This document shows, piece after piece, positions 30,021 through 39,782 of a stretch of DNA of 64,000 nucleotides (position 1 is its first letter; each line of letters starts with the position of its first letter). This stretch comes from Ignavibacteriota bacterium (GTDB lineage Bacteria; Bacteroidota; Ignavibacteria; UBA10030; UBA6906). The stretch spans positions 1,376,001-1,440,000 of the forward strand of contig CAWDEM010000008.1 of NCBI GenBank assembly GCA_963801355.1, in the 5' to 3' direction. Below the pieces are notes generated by a model. The model was given only the letters and a program-made list of their open reading frames with translations. It had not been told where the DNA came from and ran no database searches. A program made the position numbers and the translations under genes.

Positions 30021-30587
30021 CTAGAATGCAGAAGCCTCGAGCAGGAGTCTTTTCCAAGAATCTTGAACTGCCAGTATTTCCACCCACTTCACGAGATATT
30101 CCACATCCATTGAGCCATACTGAACTTCATAGACACGGAGTGCATCATAGAATTGCTTTTCGCTGCCTCCGGAGAGTTTGGCCCAGCGCAGTTTCGCGAG
30201 GATTGTGTCTTCCGGAGACGAAACAAACAGTCTCACGCCAAGAGCATCCTCATGTCGTCTGCGCGCAAAGCGCGAGACATCGAAGGGATCGCCAGTCAAC
30301 ATCCAGAAATCAACTTTGTCGCCTTCGCTCACCTGCAGTAGATTGAACATTGTCTTATTTCTGATCGCCTCGCGAACGCTCCACTCGTCAAGATAGAACT
30401 CCGGAGAAGGGAAACTCTCCAGTAGGCCCGGGAGTGCCTCTGGCTTCAGATCGACCACCAAATCGATATCGTGTGAGAGCCTGGGTTCACCCTGCATGCT
30501 CGAGGCAAACGAACCTGTCAGCATGTATGCGCAACCGGATCCATCAAGCGCCCGGATAACCTTGGTCAATAGGTCCTGTTGTGACAT
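30021..30587 (-). CDS. Pol-beta-type nucleotidyltransferase, putative TA component
   Basis: 'MLTGSFASSMQGEPRLSHDIDLVV', 'SPEDTILAKL', 'KQFYDA'. Confidence 0.7.
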   Translation of the reverse strand: MSQQDLLTKVIRALDGSGCAYMLTGSFASSMQGEPRLSHDIDLVVDLKPEALPGLLESFPSPEFYLDEWSVREAIRNKTMFNLLQVSEGDKVDFWMLTGDPFDVSRFARRRHEDALGVRLFVSSPEDTILAKLRWAKLSGGSEKQFYDALRVYEVQYGSMDVEYLVKWVEILAVQDSWKRLLLEASAF

Positions 30588-30781
30588 TTGGTCATGCGGT
30601 CCAGGTATATTCGCCGGATTTCAGTCTCTGGGAGTCCATTGTACCGACGTTGAAGCCCTTCAAAGAAGAGACGTTTGCCCAGTTCAGTGAGGTCGAAAGC
30701 TTTGCGGAGGCGCTGCGCAGGCGTCATTGAGCGCAGCACTTCCAAGTACTGAGCATGGTTTGGATGGGGTTTCGGGTCCAT
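30566..30781 (-). CDS. Small helical protein overlapping the NTase gene (putative TA partner)
   Basis: 'LRSMTPAQRLRKAFDL...GLQRRY'; 22-bp overlap. Confidence 0.6.
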   Translation of the reverse strand: MDPKPHPNHAQYLEVLRSMTPAQRLRKAFDLTELGKRLFFEGLQRRYNGLPETEIRRIYLDRMTKCHNRTY

Positions 30782-30841
30782 AAGCGGAGAAGAGCCGGAA
30801 ATTTGAAGCAATATACCACGAAACTCAAACACATCCAAACG

Positions 30842-31849
30842 CTAGCCTGACGCCGCAGACGCCCACGTGTGGACGTACTCTTCCAGCAAACGCAGATAGA
30901 GCCGATACTGCTCCAGCGAGACACCGGGCGGAGTCTGGTGATCGACACTGGGGATGCATCCGCCCGACCTCGCCAACGGTGTGAGGCGATCGAATTCCGC
31001 ACGCAGCGCCGTTTCACCCCGGGGCATGACCATCTTGTCAAAGTGGCCGACCATGCGCAACGTCGGAAAGGTCTGACGCAGCGTCATGCCGTCGACTCCC
31101 GCCTGCCGCTCCAGAGGAAGCACCCCATGAATTCCCAACGACTGAATCCAGGGAACGAGCCTGGTCACATCACCGTCGGTGTCGATGAATGTCACCATGC
31201 CCATTTCGTTGGTCCGTTCCAGCAGACCGCGGTAGTAGGGTGAAAGAAACTCGTCGCAGATCTCCCGCGATATCATAGGTCCGTTGTTGTACGACATGTC
31301 CTCCGCGACGGTCACAAACGTTGGTTTGCCGACCCTGCCAATCTGGTCCAGTAGCCCCAGATTGAAGTCCAGAAGGTTTTGATTGATCTGATGGATGAGC
31401 TCGGGTTGATCATAGTATGCGAACATGAGCTGGGTGAAACCCATGAGCGTCCGGGGGAACCAGAAGAAGCCCTCAAGGGTAATCCACACCACGGCGTCGC
31501 CTTCTGCCTGGCGCCTGAACCAGGGCAGCATCTGAGCTATTGCTGAGCTGTGATCAGGAAACAGACCGGCGCAAATCCGCCGGTAGTCGTCCATGTTCGA
31601 CACGCAACCTTCCACATGGTGCTGCGTGGCATCTATGGTCGGATCGGTCGTGCTGAACCAGAATTGCTTGTATGGATCCAGACCGAAGTATTCGTGTATC
31701 GCGAACACATCGTCGCCCAGGCGATCGGGAAGGCCTTCGTCTCGCCAGCGCGCGAGAGTCTTGTCCCACCACATCGCCCATTCCCATTTCGGCAGCCGGT
31801 CCACCGGCTGGAAAGCCATCGCTGCTCTGAATCGTTCTACGTGATTCAC
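30842..31849 (-). CDS. Second URO-D/methyltransferase-fold protein
   Basis: 'AEDMSYNNGPMIS', 'DTDGD', 'PLERQAGVD', 'GGCIPSVDHQTPPGVS'; start uncertain. Confidence 0.82.
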   Translation of the reverse strand: MNHVERFRAAMAFQPVDRLPKWEWAMWWDKTLARWRDEGLPDRLGDDVFAIHEYFGLDPYKQFWFSTTDPTIDATQHHVEGCVSNMDDYRRICAGLFPDHSSAIAQMLPWFRRQAEGDAVVWITLEGFFWFPRTLMGFTQLMFAYYDQPELIHQINQNLLDFNLGLLDQIGRVGKPTFVTVAEDMSYNNGPMISREICDEFLSPYYRGLLERTNEMGMVTFIDTDGDVTRLVPWIQSLGIHGVLPLERQAGVDGMTLRQTFPTLRMVGHFDKMVMPRGETALRAEFDRLTPLARSGGCIPSVDHQTPPGVSLEQYRLYLRLLEEYVHTWASAASG

Positions 31850-31969
31850 GGCGTCAGTATTGTGTGATGTGGTGACAAACCTTAAAACCTTCAATTGCCC
31901 TACAGATAAAGACTTCCAGCCAAAACAGCAACCGTAAATTGATACACTTGTTGATGTGAGACATGCCGG

Positions 31970-32644
31970 CTACCACACGATCTCAAGTCCCACCACCACA
32001 AACCAGCTGTCGGTAAAGAGGTTGAGCGCATACACGGATACCGTGCCCCGGTCGGGCGTGAGCTGGACAAACGGACCCCTGCCGAACTCCAACGGAGTCT
32101 CAGGCTCCTGCGTCCACTGTGTCACCACACCTACGCGGAGCAGGTCGGTTGGAGCGAGACCGAGTTCCACCCACGAATAGAAGAAATCCGCCGGGGGTTC
32201 GTTTACATCGAGGAAGTACTCGCTCTCGACGTAACAATCGCACGCGCCGTACTCGAGGGACACCTCCAGCGCGGGAACAACGCCGGTCGTCCTGCCAAAA
32301 GCCACTCCCGCCATCGGAGTCACTGCAACCGCACAGGACTCCCCTATCGAGAATGTCCACCCGGTGAATATCGACGCCGTCTTCAAGTCCTCGTAATTGT
32401 AGCGGGTTTCCAGATGGATGCTTCCGCAGTCTGCTGTCGCTGTCAGGACGGAAACGTCATCGCCGACGGGATGGACGTAGGAAAGCCCTTCCATGGAGAA
32501 CTCCCAGGGAGGATGCTCACCGGGCGCCACTGTAGAGTCGGGCGGTGTCGCACCCCCGGTCCCCGGGAACAGTACCACAAGCAGCACGAGTGACCTGCGG
32601 AGTGAGCGGCAGACTTTGCTGAGCAGCGACTTCAGGAATTTCAT
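31970..32644 (-). CDS. Hypothetical outer-membrane beta-barrel protein
   Basis: Signal-like N-terminus, 'ETRYNYED', amphipathic strands, terminal W. Confidence 0.6.
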   Translation of the reverse strand: MKFLKSLLSKVCRSLRRSLVLLVVLFPGTGGATPPDSTVAPGEHPPWEFSMEGLSYVHPVGDDVSVLTATADCGSIHLETRYNYEDLKTASIFTGWTFSIGESCAVAVTPMAGVAFGRTTGVVPALEVSLEYGACDCYVESEYFLDVNEPPADFFYSWVELGLAPTDLLRVGVVTQWTQEPETPLEFGRGPFVQLTPDRGTVSVYALNLFTDSWFVVVGLEIVW

Positions 32645-32784
32645 ATGCCCGCCGTGGCTTCGCTCATCCCCCAAGGAGAGGAGAGTATGGAATGCCCACA
32701 CAGGAACTCGGAAAACCTCTCGACCGGGTTCTGGCCCCTTGTAACGCACGCTGCAATCGCGGACACGGTGAGGGCAGGTAAAGC

Positions 32785-32813
32785 AAGATAGGCAGGGATC
32801 TCACTATTGTCAA
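32785..32813 (-). promoter_or_regulatory. sigma70 promoter
   Basis: TTGACA-N17-TATCTT. Confidence 0.7.
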
Positions 32814-32823
32814 CGGGGACATG

Positions 32824-32948
32824 CAACGTGAGGCTGACACAACGTGAGGCTGACACAGCGTGAGGCTGAAACGTGACGCTGACACAACGCAACGCCGACA
32901 TAACTGAATGGTGGCACTGCGTGAGACCGGCATACTATGAGACCGGAC
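32824..32948. repeat. Decaying 16-bp tandem array, about 8 units
   Basis: CAACGTGAGGCTGACA twice exactly, then progressively degenerate units ending CTGCGTGAGACCGGCA, TACTATGAGACCGGAC. Confidence 0.85.
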
Positions 32949-33029
32949 ACCTCCCACATGGCAGGGTTGCCAGCAGCGCGTCAATAGTTAAACCGTACGC
33001 AACCATTCGTCGAAATCGAGGAAGGAATC

Positions 33030-33058
33030 TTGACAAACGTCCGCCGCTGCACTATACT
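33030..33058 (+). promoter_or_regulatory. sigma70 promoter of the DUF2264 gene
   Basis: TTGACA-N17-TATACT. Confidence 0.8.
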
Positions 33059-33100
33059 GTCATTCAACGGTGCAACTCGTACACAAGGAGCTCAGGGAGC

Positions 33101-35155
33101 ATGAGAAACGCGTATGAAGTGCAGAACCCCGACTATGACGTCAGTCCATTTACCGGGATGACAAAGAAGCACTACATTGATTGCGCCAAATATCTGTTGA
33201 CAAGGGCTTTCACACATGTCGACGCGCTTGATACGCCAATCTCGTTCCCTCTCGTTCCCGGTAAATCGTACCCTCAACCGGATGCCCCTGCATGGCGTCA
33301 TCGTTCAGCAGAGTTTGAGGCGTTGGAAAGGACATTCACTCTTGCAGGGCCCCTTATCCATGTCGATCCAGAAACAAGAGTCAAGAACATCAATTTGCGT
33401 GACTATTATTGCCTGCACATATACAATGCACTCACACCCGGGCATCCGAATTCATTGCCGTTGCCTGAAGATCTGCCCGACTCCACCTACCAGTTCACCT
33501 GCGAGTTCGGCGGCTTGTTTAAAACATTGCTGCTGATGCCTGAAACCCTCTGGCCTCATTTCACACAGGCACAGAAAGACGAAATGGCCGTGACGATTTC
33601 AAAATGGGCACACCACAGAACAACGCAGAACAATTGGCGGATATTCAACATCGTTACGCTCTCGTTCCTCAAGAAATACGGGTTCAAGATCGATGACGAA
33701 TTACTGAGAAACCATCTGCTATGGGTGGCTTCCTACCACTCGGGTGACGGCTGGTATCTGGAACAGACGTACAATTACTACACGATCAGTTTGTTTGTCG
33801 TGTACGGGACAATCTGGAACAGGACGTTTGGTGATCAGTACTATCCGGAGATTGCGGCCACGATCGAGAAATCCGCTCACGAACTGATGAAAACATATGT
33901 CAACTTCTTTGGGAGAGACGGTTACATCAATATGTGGGCAAGGAGCATATGCTACAGAACCTGGATATCGGGAGGATTCCCGGTATCCTTCATGTTGAAA
34001 GAAGCACCCCCGCTGGACCCCGGTTGGGCCAGGAGACTCTGTTCAGGGTCATTACTCCAATTCGTCACGCGGGAGGAATTCTACGAGAACGATATCCCCA
34101 GCCTGGGATTCTACGGGCACAGGGAGTTCGTGCTTCAAAACTACAGTTGTGCGGGAAGCCCTTTTCTCATGTTTCTGCCATTTATTTGCCTTGCCCTGCC
34201 CGAGGATTCTCCATTCTGGACTGCAAGAGAAAACGAGGGGATGTGGGAAACACTTCACAACAAATCGTACAAGGCAATTCTGGAAAAACCCGGGATTGTT
34301 CTTGTCAATCACGGAAAGACGGGTACCTCAGAGATCATCCCCGGCAAGGTGTACTACAATGATCAGAACTATTCCAAGCTGGCATACAACACTCATTTCC
34401 CGTGGGAGGATCATGATCCTCAAGGCGGGACATCGATGGAATACAGTTTTCGCAGCCTCGATCCGAGAGATGTGCGGGGCGATGATGTCAACTTCTATCT
34501 CACCGGACTCACCGTCGACAATAGTCCGGCAGACAATAGGGCATTCACCACTTCTCAGAGCATGCTGTATAATGGTGTGCGCAACGGTGCCCTCTACAGG
34601 CAGGCAATCATGCGAAAACCCCCGAACAATGGCGTGGGCTACATCATCGATCTTGCCGAAATCACCATTCCCGGCGGGGTCATACGGGTAGATCGTTCCC
34701 GTTTGGCATTCGAACATGAATTGACGCTCGGGCACTACGGCATGCCGCATCTTGACGGCAGAGGCGCCAAGATCATTCAATTGGCAGACGGGACCAGGAA
34801 GGTCATCACTGCATCAATTCCGGGAAGAAGAGTCGCGTTGATTTCCTACAACGGTTGGGACAGGGTGGACAGTGTCATCCATCAGGGGAGAAATGCAGAA
34901 GCAGACGAAAGTACAGTCCTGTACGCGTACAGAAAGAGGACAGCAAAGAACCCCGCCATGGAATTGATGGTGACAGTCCTGCTGCACAAAATGGGTGGTG
35001 CGGAATGGACGGAGGAGGAGCTGTCACCAATAAAGCAGATTGCCATCATGGATATAACTCCATCATATTCGGCGCTGGGAGCCAGGATTACCCTGTTCAA
35101 TGACGAAGAATATCTGATTGACTACAAAGACATAGATGGTTACAGATCCTGTTAG
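33101..35155 (+). CDS. DUF2264-domain protein (glycan-locus associated)
   Basis: 'FEALERTF', 'NNWRIF', 'GDGWY', 'WARSICYR'; start after GGAG downstream of the promoter. Confidence 0.75.
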   Translation: MRNAYEVQNPDYDVSPFTGMTKKHYIDCAKYLLTRAFTHVDALDTPISFPLVPGKSYPQPDAPAWRHRSAEFEALERTFTLAGPLIHVDPETRVKNINLRDYYCLHIYNALTPGHPNSLPLPEDLPDSTYQFTCEFGGLFKTLLLMPETLWPHFTQAQKDEMAVTISKWAHHRTTQNNWRIFNIVTLSFLKKYGFKIDDELLRNHLLWVASYHSGDGWYLEQTYNYYTISLFVVYGTIWNRTFGDQYYPEIAATIEKSAHELMKTYVNFFGRDGYINMWARSICYRTWISGGFPVSFMLKEAPPLDPGWARRLCSGSLLQFVTREEFYENDIPSLGFYGHREFVLQNYSCAGSPFLMFLPFICLALPEDSPFWTARENEGMWETLHNKSYKAILEKPGIVLVNHGKTGTSEIIPGKVYYNDQNYSKLAYNTHFPWEDHDPQGGTSMEYSFRSLDPRDVRGDDVNFYLTGLTVDNSPADNRAFTTSQSMLYNGVRNGALYRQAIMRKPPNNGVGYIIDLAEITIPGGVIRVDRSRLAFEHELTLGHYGMPHLDGRGAKIIQLADGTRKVITASIPGRRVALISYNGWDRVDSVIHQGRNAEADESTVLYAYRKRTAKNPAMELMVTVLLHKMGGAEWTEEELSPIKQIAIMDITPSYSALGARITLFNDEEYLIDYKDIDGYRSC

Positions 35156-35226
35156 GCAGGGGCACACATCCTGTTAGGTATGGTCGCAGATCCCGCAGGC
35201 ATGGTCACAACACCTGCCGGGTAATT
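35142..35226. repeat. Degenerate 21-22-bp tandem repeat over the DUF2264 stop codon
   Basis: ACAGATCCTGTTAGGCAGGGGC / ACACATCCTGTTAGGTATGGTC / GCAGATCCCGCAGGCATGGTC / ACAACACCTGCCGGGTAATTT. Confidence 0.6.
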
Positions 35227-35256
35227 TGCAGGAGAAGCCCGCGACCGTCATAAGAA

Positions 35257-37044
35257 CTACGCTTCCTCCAGCTTGTCATACCAATTCCGCTTCAGCATGT
35301 ACGTTGTGATGATCGCTACCCCCAACGCGATCCACATGGATGTCCATCGAAACACAAGCAGAAAGACGGGGACCAGCACCAACGACGTCTGCCAGACGAT
35401 GCCGACTGCGACATTGCCCAGATCCCGGAATGCCTGTGTGTTCTTCGCAAACGTAGGATCATCACGCAGAATCTTCTCATAAATGGGCTGCCAGAATCCC
35501 CAGGGACGGACCTGCCTGTAAAAGCGTATCAGCGTGGCATCATCGTCGGGCTTTGTGAGAAGACTCGTGCCCACACTGGCAATTGCAGAAGCGGCAAGAA
35601 TGAGCGGGAAGCTGTTGACAGCCGAGACGCCGGGGAAGATCTGTCCGAAGGTGATCGCAAACACAACACCGCTTATCATACCCGCGAAGTACCCGTAGCC
35701 ATTAAACCTCCACCAGTGCCAACGAAGAATGTTGGGCGCCGTGTATCCTCCTGCCAACCCGAACACAATCCACTCGGTAATGGCGTTGATGGATTGCGGC
35801 TGGAGCCCGAAGAGCACTCCCAGCAGCACCAGCATGATGGACGCGGCATAGCCGACGATCACATATTGCCTGTCCGTGCCCCTGGGATTGAGGTATTTCT
35901 TGTAGATATCATTCACAACATACGCCGCCCCGCAATTCACCGTGGAATCGAACGTGGACATGAATGCTGCAAGCAATCCCGCAAGTAAGAGCCCCGTGAG
36001 CCCCACCGGCAGGAATTTGTCGATGACGTGAGGAAGCACCAGCTCGAAATCGATGTCTGTCCCCATGGCCTTGATCTCAGGGCCGAAAAAGACCACCCCC
36101 AGAACAGCCACCGCAGTCACCATGACCCAACGGGGAAGATTCACCACCGAGACGATGGCACTCATCAGGGCTGCCTCTCTCGGCGTCCGGGCCGCCAGCA
36201 TGCGCTGCATATCGTATGTCGGAATCGGACCCGCCATGCTGTTGAGGATTCCCTTGAACAGGATCATCATGAAGAAAAGGAAGAACAGCGAGTAGCCATC
36301 CGCGGCAATCCGGTCGTTGACGGCGGGAATGAGGTTCGACCAGTCAAGATCAAGCTGCCAGCCGAAGGAGAGGTCAAACCACCCTGCGGGAACGACGGAT
36401 GTCAACATGCCGGGAGAAACACTGGTGAGGGCAATACCACCAATCAACAGCGAGGCCAGAACCATCAACGTAAATTGGAACAGGTCGGTGATCACAACGC
36501 TGTACATCCCCCCCAGGAGCGTATAGACGGCTGTGATTCCCATGAAGATCATTGCATAGGTGTTGGCCGATATATCCCAGGGAAGGAAAACCGCGGAAAA
36601 CTTGCCGATCCCCTGAAAAGCATAGGCCAGAAATCCGATCACGCTCACCACAGCGAAGACGGTAACACTCGCACTCGAGAGCTCACTTCCTCTGCCTGTG
36701 CCAAACCGGGTCGCAATCCATTCGGATCCCGTCAGCACATTCGAACGGCGGACCCAGATGGATATGTACACCATGAAAAACACCTGGTTGAATGTCACCC
36801 ACATCCATGGCATCCAGACCCCCTTCAGGCCGTAGACGAACAACATGTACACCATCCACATGGTCCCACTGAGATCGAACATGGACGCTGCATTGGAAAT
36901 GCCGAGGAGATACCATGGCATCGATCTTCCCCCCAGGAAGTAGCTATCCAGGTTTAGCGACGCACGGCGGGAGAAATACACTCCCGTGGCGACGGTGAGG
37001 ATCAGATAGATGGCAATGATTGAAAGATCTATCGCATGCATCAT
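35257..37044 (-). CDS. Sodium:solute symporter (sugar-type SSS)
   Basis: 'YFLGGRSMPW', 'GGMYSVVITD', 'LAAFMSTFDS', many TMs. Confidence 0.92.
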   Translation of the reverse strand: MMHAIDLSIIAIYLILTVATGVYFSRRASLNLDSYFLGGRSMPWYLLGISNAASMFDLSGTMWMVYMLFVYGLKGVWMPWMWVTFNQVFFMVYISIWVRRSNVLTGSEWIATRFGTGRGSELSSASVTVFAVVSVIGFLAYAFQGIGKFSAVFLPWDISANTYAMIFMGITAVYTLLGGMYSVVITDLFQFTLMVLASLLIGGIALTSVSPGMLTSVVPAGWFDLSFGWQLDLDWSNLIPAVNDRIAADGYSLFFLFFMMILFKGILNSMAGPIPTYDMQRMLAARTPREAALMSAIVSVVNLPRWVMVTAVAVLGVVFFGPEIKAMGTDIDFELVLPHVIDKFLPVGLTGLLLAGLLAAFMSTFDSTVNCGAAYVVNDIYKKYLNPRGTDRQYVIVGYAASIMLVLLGVLFGLQPQSINAITEWIVFGLAGGYTAPNILRWHWWRFNGYGYFAGMISGVVFAITFGQIFPGVSAVNSFPLILAASAIASVGTSLLTKPDDDATLIRFYRQVRPWGFWQPIYEKILRDDPTFAKNTQAFRDLGNVAVGIVWQTSLVLVPVFLLVFRWTSMWIALGVAIITTYMLKRNWYDKLEEA

Positions 37045-37069
37045 GTCTCCTCATTCCTCCGCGTGATCA

Positions 37070-39709
37070 CTACAGGGAAAACCAATAGCTGCATTTTGCC
37101 AGGAAAATATTCCCCGGATAAAGATCCTGGAGATTACCCAACGCCTCTGATACGGCACCACCTCCCGGCATCAGGTAGGCCGTCTTTTCCTGCGACCACA
37201 CAACATACAGGTGCGAGCCGGGACGGTATTCCCACCGGAAGACGAGGTTGGACCTGAACTGGCTGAAGGTGAAATCAGGGTTCCAGAACGAATAGTCGAT
37301 GTGACCGTTGTTGCTTTCCGACATGTCGTAATTGTTGTTCCTGAGCACCGGATTGATGCTCGAATACCGTTCGGCATAATCAGGAGCCACCGGATTGCGA
37401 ATCGTCTTAAACTCGGAGTACGTCCCCACTGAAGCAAACGGGCTTCCATAATACTGAATGGAGAGCTCGGGGGTAATGTTGAAGTCGATTCTGAATGTTG
37501 CACCCAGGGTATGCTGGTGGATTTTGCCGAGAATATATCTGGTTTCATCATTGAATGATTTCGTGCCGACATACTGCAGGTTATCGGTGTTCGATGAGTA
37601 ATTGACACCGACTGACACTCGCAGCGTATTGAAGGGGGTGACCGATGCATCCGGCTCCACAGAATAATGTTGTGCGCTGTGGCCGCCTGACCGGGAAGCA
37701 CTGGTCGTGAGACCAAAGAATACTCTTTCCGACGGATCTGTTCTGATATAGAGGCTGCCATCCCACATTGCAGGTACAAGCATTGCATGCCCCCCGCGGA
37801 GCAGGCGTGTATCCAGAGCCTGTGCTGTATATCCGCAGTTAGCCGATATCGCCCAGTTGTTCAGGAACTCTAGGTGCACCTCCACACGTGCGCCTGAGGA
37901 AAGATGCGTGAGTCCGAAATCCCAGTTGTTAAATTGCTCCAGGTTCAATGAATACGTTCTGAAAATGGACACAGGCTGATTGACAAAGTACGAGATTTCA
38001 TTTTCCTGACTGATGATATCGGCTCTCTGCATGAAGCCGATATCGTTCAGATCGAGTCCGGGGGAACGCCAGTTCAGATCTGTTGAATATCGCCAGAGTC
38101 CTTTGCTCCCTTTTCCGACGGAGATGCCCCCGCCGTAGCCTGACAGCGTTGTTCTGGAATCGTCGTACGTCACTGTACGTTGATCCGGCCGCTGGTAGTA
38201 CCGCGCTGAGGAGTTCTGGAGAATGCTGATCGCCTGAGTGCTCCCATTGATGGTACTGCCGACCAGTTTTACATCCACATAAAACTCCTTGTCATTCCAG
38301 TGATGAAGTAGATCAAGCCCTCCCGTAAACGCATTCTGGTTCAGAAAGTCGAGGTGAGTATCTTCGATGAACCGGTTCACGGAAGTGACTATACCCCCGA
38401 CGATCGTATTCCCCTGTTCAAAGTCCTTTTGAACCCTGGCAATCATGTAGTTGGTTAGTGGCTCTGCGCTCAGTGCACGTTCGGTTCCGTTGGAGCGTAT
38501 GTGTACCTGTTCATTGGCAGTTAGACTGTGCAGCACGCCGACCGCGAGACCATCCGCGGTTTTCCCACTGATTTTTGCGGCACTGAGTATCGTCGTATTA
38601 TCCGGAAGGTCCGTGTACTCGTTATTGGCTTTGGAGGGACTGAACGAGGGAGCATGGCCTATCCTCCGGCTGTAGAAGAGACTCGCATCATGGCTGTCGA
38701 AATTGAAAATTGTTTTTCCCTCGAGGAAGAAGGGCCGCCTTTCTTCATAGAATGTCTCAAATGCCGTTAGGTTCATGACGGACGGGTCGGATTCCACCTG
38801 CCCAAAATCCGGATTGACTGAGAGATCAGCAGTGAAGTTGCTGGACAATCCGATTTTTGCATCAACCCCCACGCTGCCAAACCAGGATCTCCCTTTCTCG
38901 GCAAACGGATTTCCTGGCTCGCTCTTGAATGTTCGCAGTTTTCCCACGGAGTACGGCATGAGTTCTATGCGGCGTGAGGCAGGCAATCCTTTGATACCGT
39001 GCAGCTCACCGAATTGATAGAGTATTCCAGGTCCCGTAGACGTTTGAGGTTCCCAGTCGCTCTCCTCCTGGAACCTGTCGATCCAGCGCCAACTGTGCAT
39101 GCCCCAGACCTGTTCTACTTCGCTGCTGTACCGCAACTGGCTGAGGGGGATTTCGAATTCGGCTGTCCAGGCCGAATCTTCCAGGCCCACTTTGCCAGAC
39201 CACACGGCATTCCAGCTCGCATCCGCATCCATCGGATTGGTCAACACGAGCTCAATCTTCTGACCTGCAGCGGTGATATTGAATTCGAATCCTGTGCGGT
39301 GGTCGTGATAACTATCGAAGTTTATTCCGACGACATCGCCGTTGAATTCATCGCGTCTGCCGGCCTTCTGAATTATTTCTTGCGGTTCGCTGTCAAATGC
39401 CCTGATGGCGACATAGATATTTCTGTCGTCATAGAGAACCTTCAGCTGCGTAGGCTGTGAAGGTTTCGCTCCTTCCTTCGGTATCCATTGCGTATAGTCG
39501 CCTGCCCACTCCCCCGTTTTCCAGCACGCATCATCCAGTTTGCCGTCGATGCTTGGTCTGTCGGTGCTCAGCCGTGTTGTGTTGTAGACTCTTACAGACT
39601 TTCCAGGGATGTCGCCCGGCGCGTCGGGGGTTTTCCCCGAGCCATTGGAGTAAGCGCTCGGACCGCTGAGGAGAAGAGTTGCGAGTGCTACGATGAGACC
39701 TTGAAGCAT
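37070..39709 (-). CDS. CBM9-like plus DUF5916 outer-membrane protein
   Basis: 'IDGKLDDACW', 'WTAEFEIPLSQLRY', 'NPDFGQVESD', 'ERRPFFLEG', 'NLVFRWEYRPGS'. Confidence 0.85.
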   Translation of the reverse strand: MLQGLIVALATLLLSGPSAYSNGSGKTPDAPGDIPGKSVRVYNTTRLSTDRPSIDGKLDDACWKTGEWAGDYTQWIPKEGAKPSQPTQLKVLYDDRNIYVAIRAFDSEPQEIIQKAGRRDEFNGDVVGINFDSYHDHRTGFEFNITAAGQKIELVLTNPMDADASWNAVWSGKVGLEDSAWTAEFEIPLSQLRYSSEVEQVWGMHSWRWIDRFQEESDWEPQTSTGPGILYQFGELHGIKGLPASRRIELMPYSVGKLRTFKSEPGNPFAEKGRSWFGSVGVDAKIGLSSNFTADLSVNPDFGQVESDPSVMNLTAFETFYEERRPFFLEGKTIFNFDSHDASLFYSRRIGHAPSFSPSKANNEYTDLPDNTTILSAAKISGKTADGLAVGVLHSLTANEQVHIRSNGTERALSAEPLTNYMIARVQKDFEQGNTIVGGIVTSVNRFIEDTHLDFLNQNAFTGGLDLLHHWNDKEFYVDVKLVGSTINGSTQAISILQNSSARYYQRPDQRTVTYDDSRTTLSGYGGGISVGKGSKGLWRYSTDLNWRSPGLDLNDIGFMQRADIISQENEISYFVNQPVSIFRTYSLNLEQFNNWDFGLTHLSSGARVEVHLEFLNNWAISANCGYTAQALDTRLLRGGHAMLVPAMWDGSLYIRTDPSERVFFGLTTSASRSGGHSAQHYSVEPDASVTPFNTLRVSVGVNYSSNTDNLQYVGTKSFNDETRYILGKIHQHTLGATFRIDFNITPELSIQYYGSPFASVGTYSEFKTIRNPVAPDYAERYSSINPVLRNNNYDMSESNNGHIDYSFWNPDFTFSQFRSNLVFRWEYRPGSHLYVVWSQEKTAYLMPGGGAVSEALGNLQDLYPGNIFLAKCSYWFSL

Positions 39710-39782
39710 GAATTCACCTGCCCCGAGTCAATGTCTTAGTAGGGAGAGCCAGCTCACCGAGCACTGTTCTCACATCCGGTTT

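Noticed and set aside
24772-31849. Pyrrolysine read-through at the TAG stops of the two URO-D-fold genes
   Set aside because: Both proteins appear full length at TAG, they are not MttB/MtmB family, and no pyl genes are visible
25888-32948. 16-bp arrays as possible CRISPR arrays
   Set aside because: Units are contiguous with no unique spacers, too short, and no cas genes are present
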